Below are positions 45,171 through 58,900 of a stretch of 64,000 bases of DNA, one piece after another. The notes beneath the pieces were generated by a model. It did not search any database. It was not told the DNA's origin and saw only the letters and a list, made by a program, of their open reading frames with translations. Each line of letters opens with the position of its first letter. The first letter of the stretch is position 1. The position numbers and the translations under genes are program-made. Source of the DNA: Camelus dromedarius (taxonomy: Eukaryota); contig NC_087438.1 of NCBI RefSeq assembly GCF_036321535.1, positions 498,001 to 562,000 on the forward strand, written 5' to 3'.

Positions 45171-46559
45171 TGAACTTCCAAGACCAAAGCATGTTGTTAT
45201 TTGAAATTAAACCACAAAGAAAGGGACCGGCAACAGAGCCATCGCGACTGAGAGTGACGCTTTGGAGAAATAAGCCACAATGTTCGTTCAGAGAGAAAAA
45301 GAGGCGGGGAGAGTGGACGAGAGGGTAAGACACGTGGACGAGAGGGTGAAAGGTCCAGCTGGTTGTTCACGGGAGTTAGAGGAACAGAAGAGAAGCACCT
45401 TACGACTGGCAAGGGCAAGAGAAACAGAACCACCCAAAAAGACGCCACGTCTTGCAGTGAGGCTGCAAGACATGGGTGGTGAGAGCAGCTTCAGAGCGTT
45501 CTGAGAAACGGCGTGTTTCCTCCAGGCAGCGCTGCGACAGAGGGAGGCCCCCGGGGGGCAGTAGCACCCGCGTGCGCACGCGGGCGCGGGCACGGGGGAC
45601 CTGAGGTCCACGTCCAGCGGTGGGGCGGGGGGCCAGACGTGCCCCCGGTCTCCAACGTGGTGATGGTTTCATAGCAACGTCTGTGGGTCGAAGCTCACAG
45701 TGTTGCACGCTTGAAATATAATCACTTTTTGTATTTTTGGAGGTCAATTATTTCTCCCTAAAGTTGTAAAAACATTTTTTTAAGACAAGTCTTAACAGGC
45801 AGGTTTAAAAGCAGGTCAGACCGAGGAGCAGAGAGGATGGGGAGGCTTGACAGGGAGGTGTAGAAACACCTGCACTGAGGACCAGAGAGAAAGCGGCGAA
45901 CGTGCGAGCTCCAGCACGTGTGAGAGGCGACAGTGGCGGGATGGGAGCGGCTAGCACCGTGTACACTGCAGCCCCAGCCGTGGAGTCGCGGCGCACGGCC
46001 ACTCCAGCACCAAGGTGGGCGCCCAGGAGCCCAGCAGTGCCAGGTCACAGGAGAATCGCTGGAAACCAGGGGCAAAGGGGCATTTTAAAAGCCAGAGGGA
46101 AAGCAGAAATACACTCCACAAGGAGCAATAAAGTAACAGACCCAGGAAAGCGCCCTGACGTCTTCGTGGCCTGAGAGAAAGAGAGCACCTTCTCTTACGC
46201 CCACAGCGCAGCCTTCACAGCGCAGCCTTCACAGCGCAGGTGGGACAGGCCGCTCCAGACTGAGGACCAGGCGGCCGTGGCCAGGGACCGGCCGGACGGA
46301 GACACCAGCGAGGTCACCCCGGTGGGAGGTGTGTCCCGGGTGGAGGCACGAGGGTGCAGGTGGTGTGAAGACAGTGGAGAGGGCGACCCACCCCTGGCAC
46401 ATCCGAACGGGCGTCGTGAGGACTCAGAGCTGCAGGCTCACAGCACCTCCCATGGGGGGCCGTGTCCTGGGCTCTGTCGGACACCCTAGCTGGTGACGTC
46501 GAAGTTAACAACCAAAGGTCCACGTGGATGGGTCCACAGTCACCACGGGGACCTTAGCA

Positions 46560-47420
46560 CACGCTTATTAGCAAATGGTAATAAACTGCCAGAAGACAGA
46601 GATTTGTAAAACATATTTACGTAATTGACAAATCAGGGAATTCAGTGCATAAAACAAAATTTCTAGAGTACGCAGGCCATTTAAAGCACTGACCACAAGC
46701 TGGCTGTGAAGCGAGTCTCCCAGAACTTAAACGACTGAGGACCTTGAGCGAATCTTGTCGCCGGGGTGGAGAACAGAACATGATGTCAGAAACCCTCAAG
46801 TGTTTGGAAATTAAGCAATCCCCTTTTGGATAATCCGCGGGTCAAAAAGGAATCACAGTGGAAATCAGATCATATTTGAACTCAGTGATAAAAATACACA
46901 AACGTGAACCGCGGTACGCAGTGATTTTACAGCCTGAAATGAACATTTAGGGGAAAAGAATTTAAGAACGATGGCCTGGTCACCCACTCTATGGAATTAA
47001 AGATTAAAGAAAGGAAAAGCCAGCGAAAGGAGCGGGGAGGGCAGGGCAGGCGCTCACGAAGTACAGACACGCAATAAGGCGTTGTTTTTAAAAAGGTGGC
47101 TCTGTGAAAAGACCTGGAGCGCTGATAAAGCCCCGACAGCAGGGGGTGGACAGGAGAGCAGGCCCCGAGGGCCAGCGTCTGAAGCATGTGTGCCGCTGCC
47201 GGCCGCTCCGCCGGCGGCAGAGGCTGTGAGAGATTACTTGGGGACGTTTTCTGCCATTGTATTTGAAAACACAGAGGAAATGGATGAGTTCCCAGATAAA
47301 CACGATTTTCCAAAACTGACTCAAGAGAAGGAGAAATTTGAATCCCTCGATGAAGTCGATCTGTAATTAGAAGTCTGCCCCAGAGAGAGTTCGGCCTCAG
47401 CTGCTTTTCTCATAACAGTT
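46560..47420 (+). mobile_element. Old L1 ORF2 relic
   Basis: ttggaaattaagcaat...gggtcaaaaaggaatcacagtggaaatcag...tatttgaact; gaggaaatggatgagttcccaga...aaaactgactcaagag. Confidence 0.7.
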
Positions 47421-49111
47421 TCAAACTGGAGGACGCAGACCTGGGAGGCTACCGCGCTGCCCTCACCCGCCTTCCCCACCCCTGGGGCCTGGCCCAGGTG
47501 GGAACGGCCGTGTGCAGGGTCACGGCCTCCCTGCAGCCCCAGCAAGGCCACGACGAGCTGGCTGGGGCCCCTGGAGACCCACCCACTCCTGGCGCCGCGC
47601 TTCCTGCGCTGCAGTGGTTTTGGCCCTAGTAAGCAGAGCCTGTGGCCCAGCTTCTGCAGTCCCACCCCGAGCGGTCACGCTGCGAGTCTGCACCAGCCCC
47701 ACCCCAGCGGCCCTTCCCTTGGACCAGGGCTCCTGGACCAATGGGCTCTGCCCTAATGCTGAAGGGCCTGCATCTCTGGGTGAAGACAGCCCAACCCTGC
47801 GGCCACACAGGGTCCCTCGACCCCATGGCTGCCCCGGCGAGGTAGGCTATCAGATTGTGTCCACGTGCACACACTCCCGTGCGCTCGCTCACTCACTCAC
47901 ACAGGGACTTCTGCCTGCAGCCACCTGCACGGCTGGTGCCATCTTACAGCCAAGCATCGCGTGTCCTCACCGGCGTCTCTGTAGGGACGGTGCCTGACAC
48001 AGGCAGACATCACGGGACCACAGTCTCACGCACGTGCACTCACAGAACTCGCCCTTCACCCTCCATGGCGCCCAAAGGGACCTGGATGAACCACAAACCC
48101 CCTGGCAGAGCGGCAGCGGCTCCAGCAGTGGGGGTCGTTCAGCCCACGGACGTCCGCACAGGCCGCACTGCGGCAGGGACCCCGCTTCAGCTGCTTCGCA
48201 CCGGGTGCTCCCTGGGAGTGGAGTAGCATTTGCTAAATTTGCATCTGGGCCCTGTTTTCATGACTTGGTGTCAGTTCTACCAAGATGGCCCTGAGCCCGG
48301 CTGCGAGGAACCCCGGCCCCAGATCTGTCTGGAGAAGCGTCCAGACGGGCAGGGAGCGGGGACTCTGGGGAAGACGAGTCTCCAGCGCCCGTTCCACCCC
48401 ACCGGAGACGCCGCAGGGGAGACCCCAGGAGCAGGGACGGCTACGGGCACAGGGTCACCCTCCCTCCCACAGGGCCGCCATCTTGGAACCTGCGGATACA
48501 GTCAGGGCACCGCCCTCCTCTCTTGGGAGTTGTACCTCCCTCCCTCCCGGCTTCCAGGCCTTTCACAGCGGGACCTGTCTTCCCTGACGTCCATGTGCCA
48601 CCTGGCAAACGCTGGTGGAGGGGGCAGAAGGACAGTCAGGGATGGGGTCCAGGAGCCTGGGCCTTGCACAAGCTCCCCCCACTGTGGGCACAGCGGGCTT
48701 GGAGCAGACTCGCAGGGCTGCGGGCGTCTGTGAGGGGCCGGAGACAGCTGGGCCTGGCTCACCTGGGCAGGCGACATCGCCCGCCTCTGGGCAGGGCGGG
48801 GGGTGATGTCACCACAAGTGCGTCCGTTTCCTGAGACACACACAGGCCACACCTGTGACTCTGGGTTGGCCGAGGAGGCTTCTAGGAGCAAAACGCCATC
48901 TCCTGAGCACTAATGAAAACGGGAGGAGAAACACCAGTCTAAATGATTCAAAGGAATGTGGGTTGAGACAGAATGTCTGGGGCCGCAGTGACGTCAAGGC
49001 ATCCGGCCAGCTCAGCCCCTGTGGACAGAACTCGGGGACCAGGGACTCCATTGGTGCCTTAACTGACCTAATGTACTGGTGCCATGGAGACCCTGCAAAG
49101 AGTGGCTTCCT

Positions 49112-49213
49112 GGGGGGAGGGCGCAGCTCAAGTGGCAGAGGCTGGAGGCAGAGGTCCCGGGTTCGATCCCCGGGACCTCCCTGAAAATAAACGAACCTGC
49201 TCACCCCCTCAAC
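49112..49213 (+). mobile_element. tRNA-derived SINE (camelid type), diverged
   Basis: ggggagggcgcagctcaagtggcagag ... gaggtcccgggttcgatccccgggacctcc ... aaaataaacgaacct. Confidence 0.75.
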
Positions 49214-52200
49214 CAGAGTGAAAAGGAACTGATAACACAGTAACGCCTACACATGGAGAGAGGGGCTTCTGACGGGACTTTCAGGAGAGAGCGGGTCCCC
49301 AGGGAGGCCTGCGGTGGGCTCCTCCCCGGAGCTCGGCGCCTCGGGCTCGGGTCTGCATGGACGGATGCGGGAAGGCGCTCTGGGAGCCCTCAGCCTGGGA
49401 GGCGCGGCCCCCAGGGCCGCCCGCGACGCTGAAAGAAACGCAGCAACTATGTGCACACTTTAAAGGGCCTTCGTGCCTTCCCGAGTCACCGCGAGCTCGC
49501 GTCCCGCAGTGGCGGGTCCCTGCGACAAACACTGAGAGGAGCTTGTGCGTTTGGACGCGAGCTGAGGACGGGCCCTCATCGTCTTCACAGACGGGCTTTC
49601 GGTTAACGCTCCTCCTGTCTCCCGTTTCCAAAGGCGTTTGGGGAGGCAAGTGTGTCGGCAGCAAGGCCCTGAGCCGAACTTGCCAGAAAAGGGGGTTGTT
49701 CCCAAAAGTCAGGTTCCCTAAAGCAGACGTTCGTTCGTTCGAGTGCCGCCTGGCCGGACGCCGGGAAGCGCGTGAGCGCGGCCCGGCCTCCTGACGGCGG
49801 CTCCCCGCGTCCGCGGGCGCCCTGCGCGCATCTCCCCAGAGCACCGAGGACAGGCCGTCCCTCTGGGCCCGAGGCTGTGTCGTGCCTGTGGGGCGGAGTG
49901 GGCAGGACCGGCCCTCGTTCCAAAGTGTTTCGCAAGCCTTTCCCTCAAGATTAGACCCTGGGCCACTGGTAGGGTTTCAAATCTGAACTGGAAACAGATT
50001 TGTTGTTTCTGCTTTGATGAAGTTCTGCTGTTTTGTGGGGCTTTGAAGTTTATTTATTGTCCTCAAATTGCATTAATTATTTTTGTGCTTTGTACTTCTG
50101 TTCTTGCCTTTAAGGCTTTGCGAAGGGCCCAACATACCCGTAGAGTCAGACAACTCAAAGGAACGGATCCAACAGTCACTTTTAATTGGCAGCAGAATGT
50201 GGCATCAGCTTTTGACAAACTTGCACGCTATGGTTTAGAACTAATTTAACCTTCCCTTGAAGCTGGAGTTCAAAGCCTCGCTCACGCTTGACGTGGCATT
50301 TTCTGAGGAGAATGTCTGATTCCTAGTTTGAGACAAGAGCCTGGGTCTTGAGCGAGGCCCCGTATTACTTCCATATGAAGGGGCAGAACTGGAAGGACGG
50401 GGCTTCGGACTCCCGGCAGGTTTTCCAAGACCAGTGACAACTGTCTTTGGTTTGTGTCCTCTCCGACTGCCACCTGGCCGGGGGCGTGTGCAGAGCACGC
50501 CCCTCACCTGGGTCACAGGGTGGCCATAATGGCAGGCCCCTACCCCAGCGGGGCCGGGTCGGAGCCCAGCACCCCCGCCGCCCTCACTGCGGATGCCTCC
50601 CGGACCTGCACAGAGCAGCCCTCTCGCCCTCTTGCCCTCTCACTCCTCTGTCTGGCTCCTTTCTTTGCTCCTTTCTCAGCGGTTCCTGGGGCGCCTGCTG
50701 TGGGGGTGCTTCTTCCAGGCCCTGAGGGCCCAGCAGGCAGATGAAGGCCCTGCCCTCAAGAGGGGCCGTCCTCCGGGCGACACAGTGAGCGCAGACTGTG
50801 TCCTGGGTGCTGGCCAAGGCCCACGTGGGCTGGAGGAGGGGAGCAGGGGGTGATCCCCCCACGCAGACCCCAGGACGTACAGGACGTATCCGGGAGGCGG
50901 CCCCCGGAAGCAGCAGGGGTCTGTGTGTCCCAGCAAGGACAGGAGGGGGTCTTCATTGTCTCTGCCCTGGGGCCGCTGACCTGCACTTCAGGGCCACGCT
51001 GCCCTGGGCCTGGGCACAGCCATCTGGCGATGCTGAGCATGTCTACGTGTGCAGCGTCTATTCAGCGGCCGGGAAAGCAGGGCCCAGGGGATGGGGTGCA
51101 TCCACATTACAGCCCCTGAGCAGAAACCGAAGGCCTGTGGGACCCGGCCCGTGGGCTTCTTGGGCAGAGAAGCCCTGTCCCGAGCAGGACCAGCTGGGTG
51201 GGCTGGAGGGAGCTGGGGCGGGTGGGCGGCGAGCCAGGGCTGCGAGCCCAGGCTCCAGCTCTTACCGGGAGCGGGGAGGAGCCTCGGGGTTTGGTCGGGG
51301 GTGTCTGGGCCTGACTCTTAGTTTTAAGGACCCTTGGCTCCTGTGGAAGACACACTGTGTGGGGGCGTAAGAGCCCAGGGCAGCTGTCGGGGCCTGGAGG
51401 GGCTGCAGTGAGGGGCCCGGGCCCAGCAGGGTTCGAAGGCAGAGCTGAGAGGACTGTTGACAGCTTGGATGGAGCGTGAGGGGATGGCCAGGACGACTCC
51501 CAGGACGTCGTCTGGAGGGGGAGGCTGCTGCCGTGGGGCGGGGAGACGCGGTGGTGGACGTGCTGGGGGGACACCAGGGCGGGTGTCCTGGGAACTCACG
51601 TCTGTGGTCCCAGCAAGAGGAGCCAAGGGTGTCACGTGACCTGTGGGCCAGGAGGATGGCACCTGTCCCTGGACGCACCCCCCCTACAACCCCAGAGCAA
51701 AGGCCTGGGCATGCGGGTGCCACGGCTGGGGACAAGGAGTAGTGGTCAGCAAGGAGGAGGGGAGCGAGAAGAGGGACGTCCAGCCAGCCCGGGGGCCTGC
51801 ACCCATCAGCCCCTCAGGTCTTCAGACACTTCCAATGTGTCAGGATGCGTCCTGGTGCCTTTCAGTCGTCCGCTCGCTCCGCCTTCCCCTTCCCTGTCCT
51901 CGTGTCTGCCTGCGCTCGCGCGGACAGCACACACTCAGCCTGGGCCGACCCTGGTCTGCCCGTCCCGGGCCCCCCCTGTCGACAGCACTGGAGTTTTATC
52001 CTGTGTATGTGTGTGTGTGTGTGTTTCTTTTCTTGGCCTTAGTGTTTTCTTAAGACAACAACAAACTTTATCAAGATATAGTTTAAATCTTTCTTTTCTC
52101 TCTTTATATCTCACACCTTTTCTTGGGTTTGTTCCTTTTTATTTTGAGGTTTTCATTGTGGGTTTTGTGGGCAAATCTTTTGAAACCTTGTAAGAGCAGT

Positions 52201-52449
52201 TTCCTTACAGCTTCAAAGCAGTTTGCTCTTTTCAGCCGTTGTGCACCTGCCAGCTCTGCTTTCTTCTTGTTTCTTCTTTTCCCTGTTGGCGATGTCTTCC
52301 CTTAATCTGAAGGGCGGCTGTCGTGTTTATTTCAACTACCTTGTCTCCACTAACACCTCTGCCTCAGGTGCTACAAGTGCCCTAGCTTGTGGCTTTTTCT
52401 TTGGTGATTTTTAAACTTTCTGGTGTTTAGATTCCTCGACTCAGAGCTC

Positions 52450-55400
52450 GCCTCCCCCGAGAAGTGAAATAAGCAGGCTCTGGAGGAAAACATACCATCG
52501 AAAGCCTCAGTCTCCACGCATGGCATCCAGAACACACTCAGAATTTCCAAGGATGAAGTGGCCGAGCGCCAAGAAACAAAGAGGCAGTGTAAACAGAATC
52601 AGACGTGAGCAGACATCGAGCTTACCAGACATGGGTGTTAAATAAACTGTTTTCAATCCTTCTCTGCCAGTTTTTAACAATTAAATTAACTGGTAATATA
52701 TATACAGAAATGTGACAAGATGGACAATTTCACAGGAGAACTAAAAAGATTCTTTAACTCAGTGGAAACACTAGAACTAAAATCTGCGTTAACTGAGACT
52801 AAGCCCTTGACGGGTGGGTTTGGTGACGGGTCAGGGCACAGAGCAGAGGCCAGGGGACCAGCAGAGTCAGCAGAAAACACCGCAAACAGCGGAGTGAGCG
52901 CTGAAAGGATGGAAACAGGAGTACCTGCACAGAGGGCGCAGGAGAACGGTGCGAAGCTGTGGCACACACAAGGGAGCCCCAGAGAGGAGAGCATGAGGGG
53001 CGAGCAGCGCTGGGGGGCGCACTTGCCGAGAAGCTTCCCAAGCCAGGAAAGGACATCAAACTGTCTGTTTGTGAAAACCTACAAACGTGAAGCAAAACAG
53101 ACACAAAGGAAACGGCACCTGGGCGCCCGGCACCCAAGGGTCAAAAATAAAAGCCGAGGAAAATCGTGAACTAGGTGACAGGCAGCTGACATCCCCACAG
53201 AAATGATGGGAGCTGGGAGACAACTGAAGGATCTTTTTTTTTTTTTTCATTTTTTGGGGGGTTGGTAATTAATTTTATTCATCTACTTATTTAATGGAGG
53301 TAGCAGGACTTGATCCCAGGACCTCATGCATGCCAGGCATGCACTCCACCACTGAGCTATACTCCCCACCCCAGTGGATTTATTTAAAATCCTGGGGAAA
53401 TAACAGCTCACCTAGAATTCTCTGTCCAGTTAAAGTGCTTTTGGAAAGTAAACATGAAGTCAGGTTGTATTCAAATGAACAAAAAAGTGGGAGCATTTGT
53501 CAACAGCGATTTTCACCAAAATAAACGTGAGAGAAAACTTTTCAGGCAGAAGATAAATCTTGGTTTTTTAAAGCAAGAAAATGAGGAATAGAGAAAAATA
53601 GAAAGGGAAAAGAGTGTGGAGAAACCCAGATGGCTACTGACTGCAACAGTAACAATAACGCCTCTTACAGAACTCACTGCACCTGAAGCCGTGCTGCAGA
53701 GCCACGGCACAGGCCGGCGGGCTCGAGGGCTGACGCCTGCTTGCCTTACCCCGCCCGCGAGTGAGCACTGACGCTCCTGTACCAAGGGCGCGTGTGGAGA
53801 GGTGTTAAGAGAGTAACAGAAAACAGCTTTGGGGGAAATCATAAGAGATAGCTGATTAGTCAAAGTCTAGCAGAGAGAGGTTTTAGAGGAATAGAGGAGA
53901 CCACTGGAAAGCCAAGTGTAGCGTGTTAAGTTTGACACAAGTGAGCCATTAGCTACACCAGAATAACGTCCTCGTGATTTCGTTAAGTCAGTACAGTATA
54001 GTGATTCTCTAATTAGAAGATGAAGGTTTCAGGCTGAGTTACACACAAAAATCAAACCAACGTTCCTCCAAAAGACATGCACATGTTCACAGACAAACGT
54101 GAAAGGACGGGGAACACTGTACCACCAGAGACAAAACCCGGCAGAAATGCTGAGGATTTGAAAAACACAATAAATAGATTTGAGCTGAGTGACAGGCACA
54201 GGCCCTGCTTCTAACAGGCGACTGCAGTGTGCACTTTGTTACAAGTGCACAAAACTGTGACAAAAAGATACATGGGGGAAATTTCCAAATGTTTGAAAAC
54301 AAAGTCATAAACTTATCAGTGATCCATTAGTCTAGGAGACGTCTCAGTGGAAATTAGGAAGTGCTTTGAATTGGATGATGATGAGAATATGAAGTATAAC
54401 CACTTGTGTGATGTGGTTACAGCTGCACTGAGAAGACAATGTGTGAGTTTCAGTACTAATATTAGGGGAAGTACTGAATATCAAAGAGCTAAGTACTTGA
54501 CTCAAGAATCTGGAAAAAGGACAGAAAACTAAACAAGTGCACTCAATAAATTAGAATGAAGTCATGATAAAATCAGTCATTAACAAACTGTAAAGCATAC
54601 ATGAGAAAAAAACCAATAGCCAAAGGCTATTTGTTTGAAATAGAATAATAAAAATAAAATAATAAATTCCTAGAAAGTTTGATCAAGTGGACAATCGGGA
54701 GGCACAATTAACAATGTCACAAATGAGGCTGAGACATCACTAGGCACCCTACAGACACCCAGTCATGGAAGGATACGCTGAACAATTTCTGCCAATAATG
54801 GTGACAACTTAGATGCACTGAGCAAATTCTGAAAAATGCAACTTGCCAAAACTAATACAGGAAAAAATTTAAGTCTGAATAATCCTACTAAACACGTTCC
54901 CACAAAAACTCCACATCCAGTTGACTTCGCCAGTAAATTCTTCCAAATGTTGTGGAAGAAATGACATCGGTCCTACATGCACTCTTCCGGGGGAGAAGAA
55001 AGGAGGTGAGGCTTCACAGCGTGATTTAAGAGAACAGAACGGCCCCAGCGCCGACCTCTGTAAGCAGGTGGCAGGGCGGCAGTCTCTGACACGAGCGCGG
55101 ACACGGATGTGTGCGTGAACTCGGGAGGGCGCAGTCAACAGGGTGGAGAAAGACACTCGAGACTCGCAAGGACAGCAAAGCATCGACGAGTAAACCAGCA
55201 TAGGCCATGGGCAATCGGATACAAGCAAGACACGCTGCACGCGGGCGAGCCCCGGGGACATCACGCCGACACCGTGTGGCCATGCTGACACGAGCTGCGC
55301 AGGGCGTCAGAGCCCCGGAGACGGAAGGCAGGAGGAGGTGTCGGGGGCCGCGGGAGGGGATGGGGACTTACTATGCAATGGAGTTGGGTGTCAGCTTCGC

Positions 55401-55900
55401 AGGCGGAGGAGAGTTATGGAGATGGATGGTGGTGATTGTTGCCAGCATTTGGAATATACTTAATGCCACCAAACGTACACGTGACATTGTTAAGATGGTA
55501 AATTTTGTTATGTGTATTTTACCACGATATTTTTAATCGGAAAAAATAAGGGGAAATAGCTATGGAAGGAGAGGAAATATGTAAAAATCAGGCTTCATTC
55601 CTTCTCCATCTAAATCAGTGTAAGCCTCCGTCACGTGGAAACCTTTATAGGAAAGTGTACTTTACCCAAAGGAAATTGAAGACATATAAACTTTAAATAG
55701 ACTCCTTTCCATAGAAAAATTAGTGGAATTTGTCAAAGACCTGCATCTGAAAAAAGTCACCAGACCTGTTCTTTAAATGGTTTCAGAGCAGAGACTAGGA
55801 ATAGGAAATTCTGGATTCTCTTTATGAATTGCTTAGAACATCAATGCCAAAACCCAGAATGCACCAAACACAAAGCAACAGGCCAATCTCGCACCATAAA
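52450..55900 (+). mobile_element. Cluster of old L1 relics (ORF1/ORF2 pieces plus an inserted L1 3' end at ~55200-55548)
   Basis: A-rich block; frame EIRKCFELDDDENMKYNHLCD; gatggtaaattttgttatgtgtattttaccac 3' end; boundaries approximate. Confidence 0.7.
53234..53371 (-). mobile_element. tRNA-derived SINE (camelid type) inserted in an L1 relic
   Basis: Poly-T then ggtaattaattttattc...aatggaggta...cccaggacctcatgcatg...ccactgagctatactcccc; reverse complement of the 25340 family. Confidence 0.88.
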
Positions 55901-58900
55901 CGCTGACGCGGAAGTCTGTCTAACATCTTGGGTGACAGGGTCCAACAGCACGTCAGAGAGCGACAGCTGCCGGCCAGACAGGGCTTTCTCCACGACGACC
56001 GGACGTCGGGGCCCGTGAACGCCGTCACACGTGCTCGAGGGCTGGAACCCCGTCTGGCATCTTTCAGGGACAACTTGTGTTTTTTGTAAAAACGGGGGCA
56101 GGCTTGTGTTTCCTCGTATGTGACTGAGAAGGACCCCCCCACCTGGAAGCACACGCCTGTCGCCTCTGGAAGGCGTGGGCCTGGGAGAGACTGGGGGGGG
56201 TTCCACTCTATACCTCTCTGTATATTTGCTAAACCACACGGATATGTTACTTATTCAAAATTGTTACCTAAACAAATAATAGCCACACCGACCTCTGCCG
56301 ACCGTGCAGCCGAGAAAGCAAAGATTAGACGCCAACATGCTCAAGAACCAAAGTAGAAGAGGGACGTTCCTGGAAAACTAGGGGACGCCAAAATCAGTGC
56401 AAGAAGGCACAGGGAACGGAATCGTCCGGGACCTGCCGAGAGCTGGGGCCGCAGCCGGAGCTGGAGCCCTGCAGCCCCAGCCCACCGCCCGGATCAAGTG
56501 CCTCTTCTGTGGGACGCCGCACAGAGGCCGCGTGCTCCCGCGGGACCAGGAGGAAAGGCAGGCGGCCCCCATCCCCACCCGGTGCCGAACGGGCTTTGCA
56601 GGGTCCCGCCCCCAAAGAGCAGGGCAAGCCGCTGGGAGTGTGTGGACGTAGAATCGTCTGCAGAGATGCCTCGGGGTCAGTCGACAAGCTGGCCTCACCC
56701 AGGCCAAAGTCAGGCTGACGGTGTGGCCCGCTGCGCCAGCACCAGCCTTTCACCCGCGAGAGAGAGCAGGGAAAGACCGCCCGAACGGACCGGAAGAGGG
56801 GTGTCCTCGCTGACACTGCCCCCGCAGCCAGGCGTGGCCCGAGGACGGGGACCAGCCACGTGCCAGAAGGGGGGCGCTGGGCCCCGGGAGCCGTGTGCGA
56901 GCTCCTCGGCCTGTCGGTGCCCTCACAGCACCGCAAAGAGGGCCGCGGGGCGAGGTCCACAGGGGTGCACGGTCCTTACAGCTAACACGCCTGAGGGCAA
57001 GCCGTGCCTTCTCGCTCTTCCTTCCTAGGGCTTCCCTGACTACTACTGGATACTCTTTTCCAGATAAACTTAAGAATTATGTTTTCACAAGTTTCCAGAA
57101 ATGACCGCTGGGACTAACTTTATGGGCCAGTTTGAAGGATGCTCAGCTGGACAAAGCGTTCCACCTTCTCCTGTGGCCTCAGGAGCATTTGTCGTGTTTG
57201 TCTCACTGAGCGGTTTGTAAAGCTGGGCACCGTGTGCCTTCAAAACCCTTATGACAGGGTCTTTGCTGCGCGTCTGACAAGTCACGTTCCCCCAGGGCCC
57301 CATCACACACAAGCAAAGGCCTGTGCGCTGGCCTCTGAGCCTCCTTTCCAGCAGCTGGCTCTCCAGGCAGGTGGGCTGGGCCTGCCCCTGTCCCAGACAC
57401 CACGTCCTCCAAGGGTCAGGGCTGCCCCACGGCTGCCCCCATGGCCCAGGGCTCACCCTCAGCAGGTAGCTGCGTTTCACACTGCGAGGCTGTTCGGGCA
57501 TCACATCTCTTCGAGACTCTTTGTCCATGAGGTCCCTGGGCCAAGGGCAGGAGGGGACACTAAACTCTCGCTCAGGTTGGCTGGGCACCTGGGTGGTGGT
57601 GAGAGGGACTCAGACTCAGAAATGAGGAGCCCACACTCCCCTCTCGGGAAGCACCTGTCGGTCGCAGGGACCAGGTGTAGCTGTCGGGGCCCCAGCGCGG
57701 GGCAGAAGCGGCCTCCCGGGTGGCCAGGCCAAGGCCACAGGCGAGGTTGGCTCAGCTCAGCCGCCCGCGCCTGGTGGACAACGCGGACCAGGTAACAGGC
57801 TGCGGGGCCAGACGCCATGGACCCCCGGACCCCAGTGCCCACGGGGCCCCACGGGCGGCTCCAGGCAGACTTCTCTCCCGCACTTGCTTATTGCTCACAC
57901 GGTCATCAATGTGCAGGCGCTGCCTCCCGCGGCGAGTGTGACAGACGCCCGGCTCCGACCCCCGTCCACTTCCCCCGAATGTCTGTCTGCGAGGCGCCGG
58001 GGGCGCCTGGCCTGCACGTCTAGCCTCTGCTCTGTGTGGGCGCGGCCCCGGTGCTGCAGGGCCCCAGCCGCCCCCGAAGACGAGACGAGCTGAACGGTCC
58101 CGCTTCCTTGACGTGTTTCCTTTTCCTCTTGACTTTTGTAGGAACCGTTTCTTGTGACTGCAGTCGAGATCTAATAAACACCCTCGGCCAAGGGAAAGGC
58201 CGCTGCTCCCATGGGGCTGCGGCTCTGGGGAGGGAGGTCGTGCCGGACGCATCTGCAGGAGCAGCGAAGTCGGGAACGTCTTCGAATAGAGGATTTGATT
58301 GTGTCTCATTTATTTCTCTTGTGCTGCCTTGGCTGGTGAGCCTCGTCAAACGCTTTCCTGGAAAACAATGCATTCTTCTCTCCCAGAGCACTCTGGATGT
58401 CCCCGTGGCTCAGAAAGGGCCCTCTGTGGAGCCTGTGGGCGGCGGGCGGGGGTGGGGGCGGGAGGCCGCGGGGGCGGGAGGCCCGCCGGAGGGGCAGCCG
58501 CCGGGCCCAGTCTTCCCGGGCTCTCTCACAGACCCCACCAGCCCGTGTGTCTGGCCCTGACTCTCACTGTGCCTGGTGGCTGGGTGGCCTGGGCCCTCGG
58601 GGAGGCCTCCGGTCCCCGGCACCTTCGGCTCTGCCCGCCTGGGTGGCTGCGGCCGGGCAGCAGGGACAGTGACACGGAACAGAGCACGTGAGGTCTGCAA
58701 ATAGTGGAGACTTTCCAGTAGCTGGTGCGAATGGTCCCCAGAGTACGCACATGGGAGAGAACGGGAACCCAGACCTGCGCTGCTTGTCAGAAACAAAAAT
58801 TTAAAGTGGATCACAGGCCTAAATGGGGACTCGAGAAACAAACCTCTGGAGGAAACAGGAACGTGTCCTCATGACCCGGAGGCAGACTTCTCAACCAGGA

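Noticed and set aside
46202..46238. Short local duplications (CACAGCGCAGCCTT x~2.6; also ~45312-45347 and ~35213-35296)
   Set aside because: Ordinary slippage-type duplications with no further structure.
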